Source of the DNA: Planctomycetota bacterium
GTDB lineage: Bacteria; Planctomycetota; UBA1135; UBA2386
Assembly (NCBI GenBank): GCA_965228735.1
Contig: OZ245838.1
Coordinates: forward strand, 2,752,001 to 2,816,000
Direction: 5' to 3'
DNA length: 64,000 nucleotides
The notes below the pieces were generated by a model. That model saw nothing but the letters and a program-made list of their open reading frames with translations, made no database searches and had not been told where the DNA came from. Of the stretch, positions 8,627-18,577 are shown piece by piece (the stretch's first letter is position 1; the number at the start of each line of letters is the position of its first letter). A program made the position numbers and the translations under genes.

Positions 8627-11600
8627 ATGCGATTCATGTCTCTGTCGACGGGGCTCGTTTTTGCCCTGTCCCTCCCCACCGGTGCGTTGGCGCAGAATGC
8701 GCAAGGCGACGTCCCGTCCCAGGATTCCGCGGCCCGCACGCCGGCGACCGATAACCGGATCCACCTGAAGTACGGCGTCTTCGATCCGCTCGCCGGTCTG
8801 CCGATGGTCGAGGAAACCCTCCTCGCCGCAGCCGACACCAACCTCTACATCGTCCAGTTCGACTACGCGTTCATCGACGCGGACCGCAACGCCCTGCGCG
8901 AGCTCGGCGGCAAGCTGCATGCGCCGCTGCCGCACAACGCCCTGATCGTCCGCATGGACTCGGCCGCCGCGGCCGCGGCCCAGAACATCGAGGGTGTCCG
9001 CTGGGTCGGCGACTACCAGCCGGCCTACCGTCTCGAGGGCGACCTGCTCACGGCCATTTCGACCGGCGGCGAACTCCCGGCGCAGAACTACAACATGGTC
9101 ATGGCCGACAAGGCCAACGACAAGGCGGCGCTGGGCGCCAAGATCGCCGCGCTGGGTGGCGAAGTCGTCGACGAGCACCGCGGCAGCCTGCTGTTCACGG
9201 CCAAGCTGACGAAGGCGCAGCTCATCATGGCCGCGCGCCTCGACGAGGTCCTCTGGATCGATCGCGAGACGGCCAAGGAGCTCGACATGGACAACGCCCG
9301 CGACGTGCAGGGCAGCGACTACCTCGACACCGTGGCCGGCTATGACGGCGACGGCAACGGCAGCGGCCGCATCCGCGGTCACGTCTACGAAGGCGTCGAG
9401 TCCAACCACCCCGACTTCGTCGTGCCGATGGTCAACGTCCGCAGCGGCGGCCAGGCCCAGAGCCACGGCCACTGCACGGCCGGCATCATCTTCAGCGACG
9501 GCACGGCCAGTGGCGCCAACGCGGTCGGCCACGCGCCGGGCGCTCGCGGCTACTACACCAACTACTCGACCGTCACGGCCGGGTGGTCGCGCAACCAGGT
9601 CATCAGCGACGTCGTCAACGTGCACAACTGCCTGTTCACGACCGCGTCGTGGGGCAACACGCGCACGACGCAGTACACGTCGATCTCGGCCGACGCCGAC
9701 GACATCGTGTTCGACCACCGCATCCCGTGGACGCAGAGCCAGTCGAACGCCGGTAACCAGAACTCGCGTCCGCAGGCGTGGGGCAAGAACATCATCTCGG
9801 TCGGCGCGCTGCGGCACTACAACGACAACAACCCGGGCAACGACCAGTGGGCCAACGGCGCCTCGATCGGCCCGGCGGCGGACGGTCGCATCAAGCCCGA
9901 CCTCTGCAACTTCTACGACTCGGTCGGCACCTCCGACCGTTCGGGCAGCGCCGGCTACGCCAGCGGCAGCTTCTTCTCGGGCTTCAGCGGCACCTCGGCG
10001 GCGACGCCGATCACGGCCGGCCTGAACGCGCTCGCGATCGAGATGTTCACGGACCACATCTTCGGGAACTCGCCCCGCGTCAACGGCGGCAGCGACTTCC
10101 AGAACCGTCCGTACGCGCAGACCGTCAAGGCGCTGCAGATCGCGAACGCGTCGCTCTACCCGTGGGGCGTCGGCGCTGGCCAGGCGATCCGCGACTGGCA
10201 GGGCTGGGGCTACGGCAACGTCCGCACGATGTACGACAACCGCGCCCGGCACTTCATCGTGCCCGAGGACCGGCCGATCCAGCAGGGTCAGACCCACACG
10301 TACTTCATCGACGTCGCCCCTGGCACGTCCATGCTGAAGATCGCGATGAGCTACCTCGACCCGGCCGGCCCGGTGTCGCCGGCGATCTCGCGCATCAACA
10401 ACCTCAACATGCAGGTCCGTCGTCCCAACGGCCTGCTCTACTGGGGCAACAACGGCCTGAAGAGCGGCAACACGTCGCAGGTCGGCGGCGGCAGCGACAC
10501 GCTTGACACCGTCGAGGTGTTCGTGATGCCGAACCCGCAGGCGGGTCAGTGGCGCATCCAGATCACGGCCCCGACGATCGCGCAGGACGCGCACGTCGCG
10601 ACCGGTGCGACGGACGCGACCTACGCCCTCGTCGCCTCGGGCGGCACCGCGGCCCAGACGGGTTGCGCGCGCTACATCCCGGACAACGATCCGACGAGCG
10701 GCACGATCAACACGATCCCGTTCGGCACGACGTCGTCGGGCAGCACGGGCCTGACCTCGCTCTTCGCCAGCAACAACGGCGGCAGCGTCGGCGGCACGAT
10801 CTTCTTCGACATCACGGCTTCCGGCACCGACAACATCTGGCTCGCCGGCATCGACGTGAACGTCAACGGGACGTCCGCTCCGGTCGGCACGCCGCTCGAG
10901 GCCGACATCTACTACGACTTCAACAGCACCTACGCTGGCATCGAGACCACCCCGGGCGCCTGGACGACCTGGACCGCCGCCAAGGGCGTGTCTGCCGGTC
11001 AGGACCTCGAGAGTCGACTCGTGTTCAACCGCCCGATCCAGATCTCGGCCGGCCAGACGTTCGCGATCGCCGTGGTGGCGCGCAACTTCGCGCACCGCTA
11101 CACCAACGGCGCGAACACCTTCAACGACTCCAACGTCACGATCGACCTCGGCTCGGCGACGAACGAGGCCTTCGGGCCCAGCGTGTTCAACCCGCGCTCC
11201 GGTAACGTGACCGTGCGTTACGCGGTGGACGGTGGTGCTGGCATCAACTGCCACTACCAGCAGGTCCTGCGCTCGGCCGACCTCGGCGGAGCCGGCGCCA
11301 TCACCGATCTCGCGTTCGCGCCGTCGGCCACGGCCCGGCACTACAACCGCACGATGCGGATCCGGATGGCCCACCGGCCTGCCGGCTACGTGATGTCGAC
11401 CACGTTCAGCAACAACATCTCGGGCTACACGACGGTTCTGAACGAGAGCTGGTACTCGTGGAACACCGAGAGTGACACCTGGACGCAGGTCGGACTCGAG
11501 AACCCGTTCAACTACAACGGGACGAGCGATGTCGTCGTCGAGATCTTCCTGACCGGCAACCTCGCGCTCGAAGGCTCGACCGGCGGCTTCCGCCGCGGCA

Positions 11601-12085
11601 CGGAGCAGCGCCTGTTCAACTGGACGTTCCCCTACACCAGCCTGCCGACCACCGGCACGCTCGGCAACGCGGGCACCAAGATCCGCGCCGAGTTCGGCTG
11701 CGGTGGCGGCAACGAGTTCGACACCGCGTGCGGCCCGCTCACGGCGAGCCACACCGGCAACGGCCAGCCCGGCACGACGTTCCGTTACGTGATGAACGAT
11801 GGTGTTCCGAGCAGCGGTGCGATCATCCAGCTCGGCTTCAACAACACCCGGACGAGCCTGAACACGTTCGGCTTCACGAACTGCAACCAGTGGAACGACA
11901 ACGTCGCCTCGGTGTTCAAGTTCACGAACGCGAGCGGTAGCGCCAACCACCCGATCTCGCTGCCGTCCACGGCGGCGTTCAACGGCCTCGTGATCCACGG
12001 GCACTGGTACAACTTCGACGCCAGCGCCCCGGCCGGCATCACGGTGTCGAACTCGACGCGCCTGATCATCGGCGAAGCGCCGTAG
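8627..12085 (+). CDS. Secreted S8 (subtilisin-like) serine peptidase with multiple C-terminal beta-rich domains
   Basis: AGAGGA RBS before ATG 8627; signal peptide ending ALAQ; prodomain; SHGHCTAG, DGRIKPDL, FSGTSAATP, QGWG motifs. Confidence 0.88.
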   Translation: MRFMSLSTGLVFALSLPTGALAQNAQGDVPSQDSAARTPATDNRIHLKYGVFDPLAGLPMVEETLLAAADTNLYIVQFDYAFIDADRNALRELGGKLHAPLPHNALIVRMDSAAAAAAQNIEGVRWVGDYQPAYRLEGDLLTAISTGGELPAQNYNMVMADKANDKAALGAKIAALGGEVVDEHRGSLLFTAKLTKAQLIMAARLDEVLWIDRETAKELDMDNARDVQGSDYLDTVAGYDGDGNGSGRIRGHVYEGVESNHPDFVVPMVNVRSGGQAQSHGHCTAGIIFSDGTASGANAVGHAPGARGYYTNYSTVTAGWSRNQVISDVVNVHNCLFTTASWGNTRTTQYTSISADADDIVFDHRIPWTQSQSNAGNQNSRPQAWGKNIISVGALRHYNDNNPGNDQWANGASIGPAADGRIKPDLCNFYDSVGTSDRSGSAGYASGSFFSGFSGTSAATPITAGLNALAIEMFTDHIFGNSPRVNGGSDFQNRPYAQTVKALQIANASLYPWGVGAGQAIRDWQGWGYGNVRTMYDNRARHFIVPEDRPIQQGQTHTYFIDVAPGTSMLKIAMSYLDPAGPVSPAISRINNLNMQVRRPNGLLYWGNNGLKSGNTSQVGGGSDTLDTVEVFVMPNPQAGQWRIQITAPTIAQDAHVATGATDATYALVASGGTAAQTGCARYIPDNDPTSGTINTIPFGTTSSGSTGLTSLFASNNGGSVGGTIFFDITASGTDNIWLAGIDVNVNGTSAPVGTPLEADIYYDFNSTYAGIETTPGAWTTWTAAKGVSAGQDLESRLVFNRPIQISAGQTFAIAVVARNFAHRYTNGANTFNDSNVTIDLGSATNEAFGPSVFNPRSGNVTVRYAVDGGAGINCHYQQVLRSADLGGAGAITDLAFAPSATARHYNRTMRIRMAHRPAGYVMSTTFSNNISGYTTVLNESWYSWNTESDTWTQVGLENPFNYNGTSDVVVEIFLTGNLALEGSTGGFRRGTEQRLFNWTFPYTSLPTTGTLGNAGTKIRAEFGCGGGNEFDTACGPLTASHTGNGQPGTTFRYVMNDGVPSSGAIIQLGFNNTRTSLNTFGFTNCNQWNDNVASVFKFTNASGSANHPISLPSTAAFNGLVIHGHWYNFDASAPAGITVSNSTRLIIGEAP

Positions 12086-12100
12086 TTCAGCGACGACGAA

Positions 12101-12171
12101 CGTTCGGGGCTGCCGGCCCCGAACGGACGAGAACGGGCCCCGCGGACACGCTCCGCGGGGCCCGTTCTCGT
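12101..12171. terminator. Two adjacent hairpins between convergent genes; probable bidirectional terminator
   Basis: 10-bp stem 12101-12110/12116-12125 and a perfect 20-bp stem 12127-12146/12152-12171 with a 5-nt loop. Confidence 0.75.
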
Positions 12172-12247
12172 TCTGCCGTACGACACCTTGCCGTCCGGGA
12201 CTCGGTCCTGGCTCGGATCCAGACGCGGAAGGTCGAGCCGCCGCGGC

Positions 12248-15200
12248 CTACGCCGGTTCGATCACGACGAGCAGGTCTTCGGCCTGCACCGCCGCACCGC
12301 TGTCGGTGCAGAGCTCGAGCACCGCGCCGGCGATCGGCGCGCGCACGACGGTTTCCATCTTCATGGCCTCGAGCGTGACCAGCGGATCGCCGGCCGCGAC
12401 ACTCGCGCCCTCGCTGCAGTGCAGCGTGACGACGCGACCCGGCATCGGGGAGCCGACCTCGGTCTCCTTGTTCGGATCGGCACGACGACGCGAGTCGTCG
12501 GCCGGCGCCGCGGCGGCGTCGATGACCGTGATCTGACGGTTCTGGCCGTTGAGCTTGAAGTAGACGGCCACTTCGCCGTCCTCGTCGGGTTCGCCGACCG
12601 CCTCGAGCGAGATCACGAGCGTCTTGCCGGCCTCGATCTCGACCCAGACCTCCTGCCCGATGTCGAGGCCGTAGAAGTAGACCGGCGTCGGCAGCAACGC
12701 GACGTTGCCGCACCGCCGGCGGGTCGCGAGGAAGTCGTCGAACACGCGCGGATAGAGCGCATGGCTCACGAGGTCACGGTCGGTCGCGGGCTGGCCCTTG
12801 CGGCTCTCGACGTGCGCTCGCGCCGCTTCGAAGTCGAACGCCGGCATGCCGGCACTCGGGCTGCCCTCGAGCACGGGCTGCCCCTGCAGGACGGCCGCGC
12901 GCAGCGCCTCGGGGAAGCCGCCGGGCGGCTGCCCGAGGTAGCCCTGGAAGTACTGCACGACGCTCTGCGGGAAGTCGAGCCGGCGCGCGCGGTCGAGGAC
13001 GCGCTCGAGCGTCGCGTGCGTCGACTGCGCGAGGTCGCGCTCGAGCACGAGCAGGTCGTTCTGCACGAGGAAGATCGCGAAGTCGCCGACCATCTTCGAG
13101 GACGGCGTGACCTTCGGGATGTCGCCGACGAGCTGGTTCACCACGGCGAACGCGTGCCGCACGTCCTTCCAGCGCTCGAGCAGGCCGAGCGAGGCGACCT
13201 GCGGCCGCAGGTTGGAGTACTGCCCGCCCGGGATCTCGTGATAGTAGACCTCGCTCGTGCTGCTCTTGAGCCCGCACTCGAACGGTGCATAGAACTCGCG
13301 CACCGCCTCCCAGTAGTCGGCGAGCGGCTGCATCGCCTTGTTGGTGAGGCCCGTTTCCTGCGGGTGACCGCGCAGTGCTGCGATGAGCGCGTTCATGCTC
13401 GGCTGCGACGTCAGCCCGGCCATCGGCGCGAGCGCCGTATCGACGATGTGCACGCCGGACTCGACCGCCGCGATGTAGGTCGCGATCCCGTTACCCGACG
13501 TGTCGTGCGTGTGCAGGTGGATCGGCAGCGACGTGACCTCGCGCAGCCGCTTGATCAGCATGCGCGCGGCCTGCGGCCGCAGCAGGCCGGCCATGTCCTT
13601 GATGCAGAGGATGTGCGCGCCGAGCTGCTCGATGCGCTTCGCGAGTTCGGCGTAGTACTCGAGTCCGTACTTCGTGCGCGCCGGGTTGTCGATGTCGCCC
13701 GTGTAGCACATCGCGACCTCGGCGATCTTGCCCGTCTGCAGCACGCGCTGCACGGACACGGCCATCGAGTCGAGGTCGTTGAGGCTGTCGAAGATGCGGA
13801 ACACGTCGATGCCGGTCTCGGCAGCGCGGTCGACGAACGCCTCGACGACGTTCTGCGGGTAGCTCGTGTAGCCCACGGCGTTGGCGCCGCGGAGGAGCAT
13901 CTGGTGCAGCACGTTCGGGATCGCCGCCTTGAGCTGCTCGAGCCGTTCCCACGGATCCTCGTCGAGAAAGCGATAGGCCACGTCGAACGTCGCGCCACCC
14001 CAGGTCTCGAGCGAGAACAACGGCTGACACAGGTGGGCCGTCGCCGGCGCGACCGCGAGCATGTCGCAGGTGCGCATGCGCGTGGCGAGCAGCGACTGGT
14101 GCGCGTCGCGCATCGTCGTGTCACACAGCAACGGGTGCCTGCTGGCCTGCTGCTTGATCCACTCGACAACCCGTTCGGGGCCGCCCTCGGCCAGGAGCTG
14201 GGCCGTGCCGGCGGGCGGCGGCTCATCCGGCACCTCGGGGATGGGCGGCGCGAGGAAGCTGCTCGGCGACAGCCGCTGCTCCGGCTTGATCGTCGCGTGG
14301 CCGTTGACGATCACGTCCGCGAGATACGTCAGCAGGCGCGTCGCGCGATCGCGCCCGACCTGGATCTCGTACAGCTCGGGAGTTTCGTCGAGGAACCGCG
14401 TCCACGTCTCCCCGCGCAGGAACGCCGGGTGCGCGATCACGTTCTGCAGGAACGCGAGGTTGGTCTTCACGCCGCGGATACGGAACTCGCGCAGCGCGCG
14501 CAGTTGCTTCTGCGCCGCGCTCTGCAGCGTGCTGCCGTACGAGATGCACTTCACGAGCAGCGAATCGTAGTATCCGCCGACGTGGGTCCCGGCGAGGCTG
14601 TCGCCGCCGTCGAGCCGAAGCCCGAAGCCGCCCGGCGACCGGTAGGCCATGATCGCGCCCGTATCGGGCAGGAACTCGTTCTGCGGATCCTCGGTCGTGA
14701 TCCGGCACTGGATCGCGAACCCGCGCGGCCGCAATTCCTGTTGCGACGTGATTCCGATCGCCGGCGAGCTCAGCGCGTGCCCCTCCGCGATGCGGATCTG
14801 CGCCTGCACGAGGTCGATGCCGGTCACCTGCTCGGTCACCGTGTGCTCGACCTGCAGCCGCGGGTTGATCTCGATGAAGTAGTGCTGCCCCGCCGCATCG
14901 TCGACGAGGAACTCGACCGTGCCCGCGTTGTAGTAGCCCGATCCGCCCGCGAGCTTCAGTGAGTCCTGGAACAACGCCTCCCGCACGTCCTCTGCGAGAT
15001 TGGGCGCGGGCGCCATCTCGACGACCTTCTGGTGCCGGCGCTGGACCGAGCAATCGCGTTCGTTGAGGTGCACGACGTTGCCGTGGCGGTCGCCGAGGAT
15101 CTGCACCTCGATGTGACGCACGCGCGGCAGGAACTTCTCGAGGAAGACGACGGGGCTGCCGAACGCAGCCTGCGACTCGCTGCGCGCCTGCCGCAGGCTC

Positions 15201-15757
15201 TGCTGCACGTCCGCCGCCTGCCGCACCACGCGCATGCCGCGGCCGCCGCCGCCGTGCGCGGCCTTGACGATCGTCGTGCCGTGCTCGGCGAAGAACTTCG
15301 CCGCCGCCGCGAACGCAGCCGCCTCGTCGGCCGGCAGTTCGAGCCCGGGCACGGTCGGAATCCCGAGCCGCGCCGCTTCCTTGCGGGCCTCCACCTTGTC
15401 GCCGAGGAAGCGGATGACGTCCGGCTTCGGACCGATGAACGCGATGCCGGCGGCCTCGACCGCCGCCGCGAACTCGTGGTTCTCCGACAGGAAGCCGTAG
15501 CCGGGGTGGATCGCGTCGACGCCGGCACTCTTGGCGATCTCGAGGATCTCGTCGCCCGCGAGATAGGCCCCGACCGGCGACTTGCCCTCACCGACGAGAT
15601 ACGACTCGTCGGCCTTGTAGCGGTGCTGGTGCGTCGCGTCCTCGGCGCTGAAGATCGCGACCGTTCGGAGGTCGAGCTCGGCGCACGCGCGGAACACGCG
15701 AATCGCGATCTCGCCGCGATTGGCGCAGAGGATCTTGCGAAACGAGCGGACTTCCAT
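12248..15757 (-). CDS. pyc: Pyruvate carboxylase
   Basis: ANRGEIAIR, RDCSVQRRHQKVVE, RDAHQSL, WGGATFDV, HLHTHDT, KVTPSSKMVGD, and the C-terminal biotin site EAMKM. Confidence 0.97.
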   Translation of the reverse strand: MEVRSFRKILCANRGEIAIRVFRACAELDLRTVAIFSAEDATHQHRYKADESYLVGEGKSPVGAYLAGDEILEIAKSAGVDAIHPGYGFLSENHEFAAAVEAAGIAFIGPKPDVIRFLGDKVEARKEAARLGIPTVPGLELPADEAAAFAAAAKFFAEHGTTIVKAAHGGGGRGMRVVRQAADVQQSLRQARSESQAAFGSPVVFLEKFLPRVRHIEVQILGDRHGNVVHLNERDCSVQRRHQKVVEMAPAPNLAEDVREALFQDSLKLAGGSGYYNAGTVEFLVDDAAGQHYFIEINPRLQVEHTVTEQVTGIDLVQAQIRIAEGHALSSPAIGITSQQELRPRGFAIQCRITTEDPQNEFLPDTGAIMAYRSPGGFGLRLDGGDSLAGTHVGGYYDSLLVKCISYGSTLQSAAQKQLRALREFRIRGVKTNLAFLQNVIAHPAFLRGETWTRFLDETPELYEIQVGRDRATRLLTYLADVIVNGHATIKPEQRLSPSSFLAPPIPEVPDEPPPAGTAQLLAEGGPERVVEWIKQQASRHPLLCDTTMRDAHQSLLATRMRTCDMLAVAPATAHLCQPLFSLETWGGATFDVAYRFLDEDPWERLEQLKAAIPNVLHQMLLRGANAVGYTSYPQNVVEAFVDRAAETGIDVFRIFDSLNDLDSMAVSVQRVLQTGKIAEVAMCYTGDIDNPARTKYGLEYYAELAKRIEQLGAHILCIKDMAGLLRPQAARMLIKRLREVTSLPIHLHTHDTSGNGIATYIAAVESGVHIVDTALAPMAGLTSQPSMNALIAALRGHPQETGLTNKAMQPLADYWEAVREFYAPFECGLKSSTSEVYYHEIPGGQYSNLRPQVASLGLLERWKDVRHAFAVVNQLVGDIPKVTPSSKMVGDFAIFLVQNDLLVLERDLAQSTHATLERVLDRARRLDFPQSVVQYFQGYLGQPPGGFPEALRAAVLQGQPVLEGSPSAGMPAFDFEAARAHVESRKGQPATDRDLVSHALYPRVFDDFLATRRRCGNVALLPTPVYFYGLDIGQEVWVEIEAGKTLVISLEAVGEPDEDGEVAVYFKLNGQNRQITVIDAAAAPADDSRRRADPNKETEVGSPMPGRVVTLHCSEGASVAAGDPLVTLEAMKMETVVRAPIAGAVLELCTDSGAAVQAEDLLVVIEPA

Positions 15758-15883
15758 GGGAGCGCCGGGGTGTTCGTTCTCTTCGGCTGCCGAGAGGAGA
15801 CCCTGTAGCTACACTATCGGCACACAGTGCGGCAACCTGCGACAATCGGTTGCCAGCCGGGCAACCGCGACTACGGGATCACC

Positions 15884-17107
15884 GTGCATCGACAGCAGAC
15901 GCAGCCACGACGCCGGCGCCGGCCGCTCGAGATCGGCCTCGCCGCCGCGCTGACCGCCGCCTTTGCGCCGCGGCCGGCCGCCGCCCAGGAACCCGCGCCC
16001 GAATCGCCGGCCGCCGAACTCGACGCCGGCCCCCTCCTCGGATTCCACGAGGTCGTCACGGATCGGCCGCGCGTCGTGGCCGTCAAGATCGCCGAGCTCA
16101 CGGGCACCCGGGTGTTCGAGCTCTGCCGCGACGACCGCCGACCCCGCTTGCTCGCGCGCCTCGACCGGAACCACCTGCTGCTGACCCTGAGTCGACGAGA
16201 CGCACTGTTCGTCGTGCACGCACCGAGCGGGCGTCGCCTGGAGATCGTGGAGAACGCGGTGTTCCTCGGCCAGCGCGGCGACGACCTCGTGATCCAGCGG
16301 GCCGGCCAGATCGAACGGGTCTCGTGGCGCGAGCCCACGACCGAGCCCCGCGCGTTCGGCGGCCGCCCGCTGCAACGGGTCGTCCTGCACGACAACCTCG
16401 CGTTCGGAGTCGCGCGACCGGACGACGGCCGGCCGCGGGTCGAGGTCGTCAGCCTCGTGACCGGCAGGAGCCGCGAACTCTGGACCGCGCCGAACGACCG
16501 GAGCCGGTTCCGCCTCGCGCTCTCCCCGGGCGGCCAGTGGCTCGCGGTCGCGGCGATGGACGCTCGGTTTCGTGGCCAGCTCGTCATCCTCGACACCGCG
16601 ACGGGCAAGCCCGTGCGCACGTTCGAGAACCTGGTGGTCGACCTGTCGCCGCTCGCGAGCGGCATGCCGACGCTCGAGGTCGCGTTCGCGGACGACGACC
16701 ACGTCGTCAGCTCGGAGTCCCGGGGCGCACCGCGCGGAATCGGTGGCGAGTTCGTGCACGTGACGCGCAGCGTGCGCACCGGCGAGGTAACGAACGAGGA
16801 GCCCTACGCCCCGCTCGGGGTCCACCACCGCCTCCCCGTTCCCGTCCAGGCCGAACCGCGGTTTCGGCTCGAGCGCGGCCCGCACGAGGTCACGCTGCAC
16901 ACCATCAGTCGGCCCGAGCCGCTCGCCACCCGCGATCGGCAGCACCTGCAGTACGAGGACTTCTCGATCGCGCCCGACGGCGGGTTCGCAGCGGCCCGGC
17001 TCGGCGAGAAGCGGCGCGCGCTGACCGTATTCGCGCCCGACGGCAGCGCCCGAGCCGTGAGCGCCGGCTGGTCCCACGGGCTGATCTGGCTGCCGGCGCA
17101 CCGCTGA
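15884..17107 (+). CDS. Secreted hypothetical protein, possibly a beta-propeller (TolB/WD40-like)
   Basis: Signal peptide ending AAAQ; repeats LSPGGQWLAV and IAPDGGFAAA. GTG start inferred. Confidence 0.6.
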   Translation: MHRQQTQPRRRRRPLEIGLAAALTAAFAPRPAAAQEPAPESPAAELDAGPLLGFHEVVTDRPRVVAVKIAELTGTRVFELCRDDRRPRLLARLDRNHLLLTLSRRDALFVVHAPSGRRLEIVENAVFLGQRGDDLVIQRAGQIERVSWREPTTEPRAFGGRPLQRVVLHDNLAFGVARPDDGRPRVEVVSLVTGRSRELWTAPNDRSRFRLALSPGGQWLAVAAMDARFRGQLVILDTATGKPVRTFENLVVDLSPLASGMPTLEVAFADDDHVVSSESRGAPRGIGGEFVHVTRSVRTGEVTNEEPYAPLGVHHRLPVPVQAEPRFRLERGPHEVTLHTISRPEPLATRDRQHLQYEDFSIAPDGGFAAARLGEKRRALTVFAPDGSARAVSAGWSHGLIWLPAHR

Positions 17108-17189
17108 CCCCCCGCCGGCGAGAACGCCCGTCAGCGGCTTGCACCCGAAGTTGTCTTTGCCCGGCGACCTGCTATCGTTCGCCTGCTGC

Positions 17190-17828
17190 ATGGGCGCGAC
17201 ACGTCCTTTGACGACCACGGCGCCGCGGACCCCGATCCGCCGGGCGCCTGCAGCGGCAGCCGGACTCGCCGCGGCTGCCAGTCTCCTCGGAGTCACCGCC
17301 GCCTGCGCCGGCGGACCGAACCTCGCGCGCGCGATCACCGTTCGCGAGGGGGAACGCACCACGGTCCGCCTCGTGCAGTTCGACGAGCGCAAGGTCCTGA
17401 CGCTGCAGAACAGCTCGAGCGGTTCGGCCCTCGAGGTCTACCAGGACAGCGACGACCCCCTCGTGAAGGTGCTGCCCGACGCGGACATGCAGCGGCTGCT
17501 CGACGTGTTCGCCGAGGCCGAGATGTTCCAGACCGCGAGCAGTTCGGCCCCCGCCGAGGCCAAGAACGCGCTGATCGTCGATCACGGCGGCAGCCGCTTC
17601 GTGTTCCACCTGCGCGGCATGCCGCAGGATCGGATGCAGCGCTACCTCGAGGCCAAGGCCTACTTCGTCACGGTCTACAGCAACGCCGAGTCGTTCCACT
17701 CGGCGAAGATCAACCGCATGGACCTCGAGAACGAGAAGCACCGGGCCCGCTACGAGGCGGTCCAGTCGCGGCGCAAACTCGGCAGCGGCGGCAGCGGCAA
17801 CGACGACGGCCGGGGGCGCGGCCAGTGA
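17190..17828 (+). CDS. Hypothetical lipoprotein
   Basis: Hydrophobic leader ending TAAC; typical codon bias; stop overlaps the kdsB start (GTGA). Confidence 0.65.
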   Translation: MGATRPLTTTAPRTPIRRAPAAAAGLAAAASLLGVTAACAGGPNLARAITVREGERTTVRLVQFDERKVLTLQNSSSGSALEVYQDSDDPLVKVLPDADMQRLLDVFAEAEMFQTASSSAPAEAKNALIVDHGGSRFVFHLRGMPQDRMQRYLEAKAYFVTVYSNAESFHSAKINRMDLENEKHRARYEAVQSRRKLGSGGSGNDDGRGRGQ

Positions 17829-18577
17829 CCCTCGGCGCCGTCGCGATCGTGCCGGTGCGCGTCGGCAGCCAGCGACTCCCGGGCAAGGCTCTCCTCGAAG
17901 AAAGCGGTCGGCCGCTGTTCCTCCACACGTGCGAGCCGGCGCAACGAGCGGCCCGGATCGACAAGGTCTACGTCGCGACCGACGACGATGCGGTCGAGGC
18001 GGCCGCTCGCGCGGCCGACATCGAGGTCGTGCGCACGAGCCCGGACTGCCGTACGGGCAGCGAACGCTGCGCCGAGGCCGCGCGGTCGATCGACTGCCGC
18101 GCGGTGCTCGACATCCAGGGCGACTGGCCCGAGGTCGCGCCGTCCGACCTCGACGCGCTCGCGGATCAGCTCCTGAGCGGCGCGGCCGAGTGCAACACGC
18201 TCGCGGCCGAGCTGCACGATCAGGCCAGGATCGACGACTTCAACGTCGTCAAGGTCGTCTGCGGCGTGAGCCGCAAGGCGCTCTACTTCAGCCGCGCGGC
18301 CATCCCGTTCCGGCGCACTGCCGTCGAGGGCGCACCCGGCACGGCGCCACTGCGGCGCCACATCGGGGTCTACGGTTTCACGCGCGACGTCCTGCTGCGC
18401 GTTCCGGAACTGCCGAGCAGCGGGCTCGCCGAGACCGAGAGCCTCGAGCAACTGCGCTTCCTCGAGAACGACATCAGCATCCACGTCATCGACGCCGCGG
18501 GCGATCCCTGGGGCATCGAGACGCGCGCGGACTACGACGCCTGGCTGCAGCGCCGCACCGACAGATCAGCATCATGA
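17825..18577 (+). CDS. kdsB: 3-deoxy-manno-octulosonate cytidylyltransferase
   Basis: [55 protein letters not shown]. Confidence 0.95.
   Translation: MTLGAVAIVPVRVGSQRLPGKALLEESGRPLFLHTCEPAQRAARIDKVYVATDDDAVEAAARAADIEVVRTSPDCRTGSERCAEAARSIDCRAVLDIQGDWPEVAPSDLDALADQLLSGAAECNTLAAELHDQARIDDFNVVKVVCGVSRKALYFSRAAIPFRRTAVEGAPGTAPLRRHIGVYGFTRDVLLRVPELPSSGLAETESLEQLRFLENDISIHVIDAAGDPWGIETRADYDAWLQRRTDRSAS

Noticed and set aside
17929..18573. Long N-terminal extensions or fusions in the ORF track (pyrG 17929, 20863-24471, 23469, 43247, 59550-62684)
   Set aside because: The upstream parts overlap real genes in other frames; true starts are marked by family N-termini, signal peptides or stop/start overlaps.
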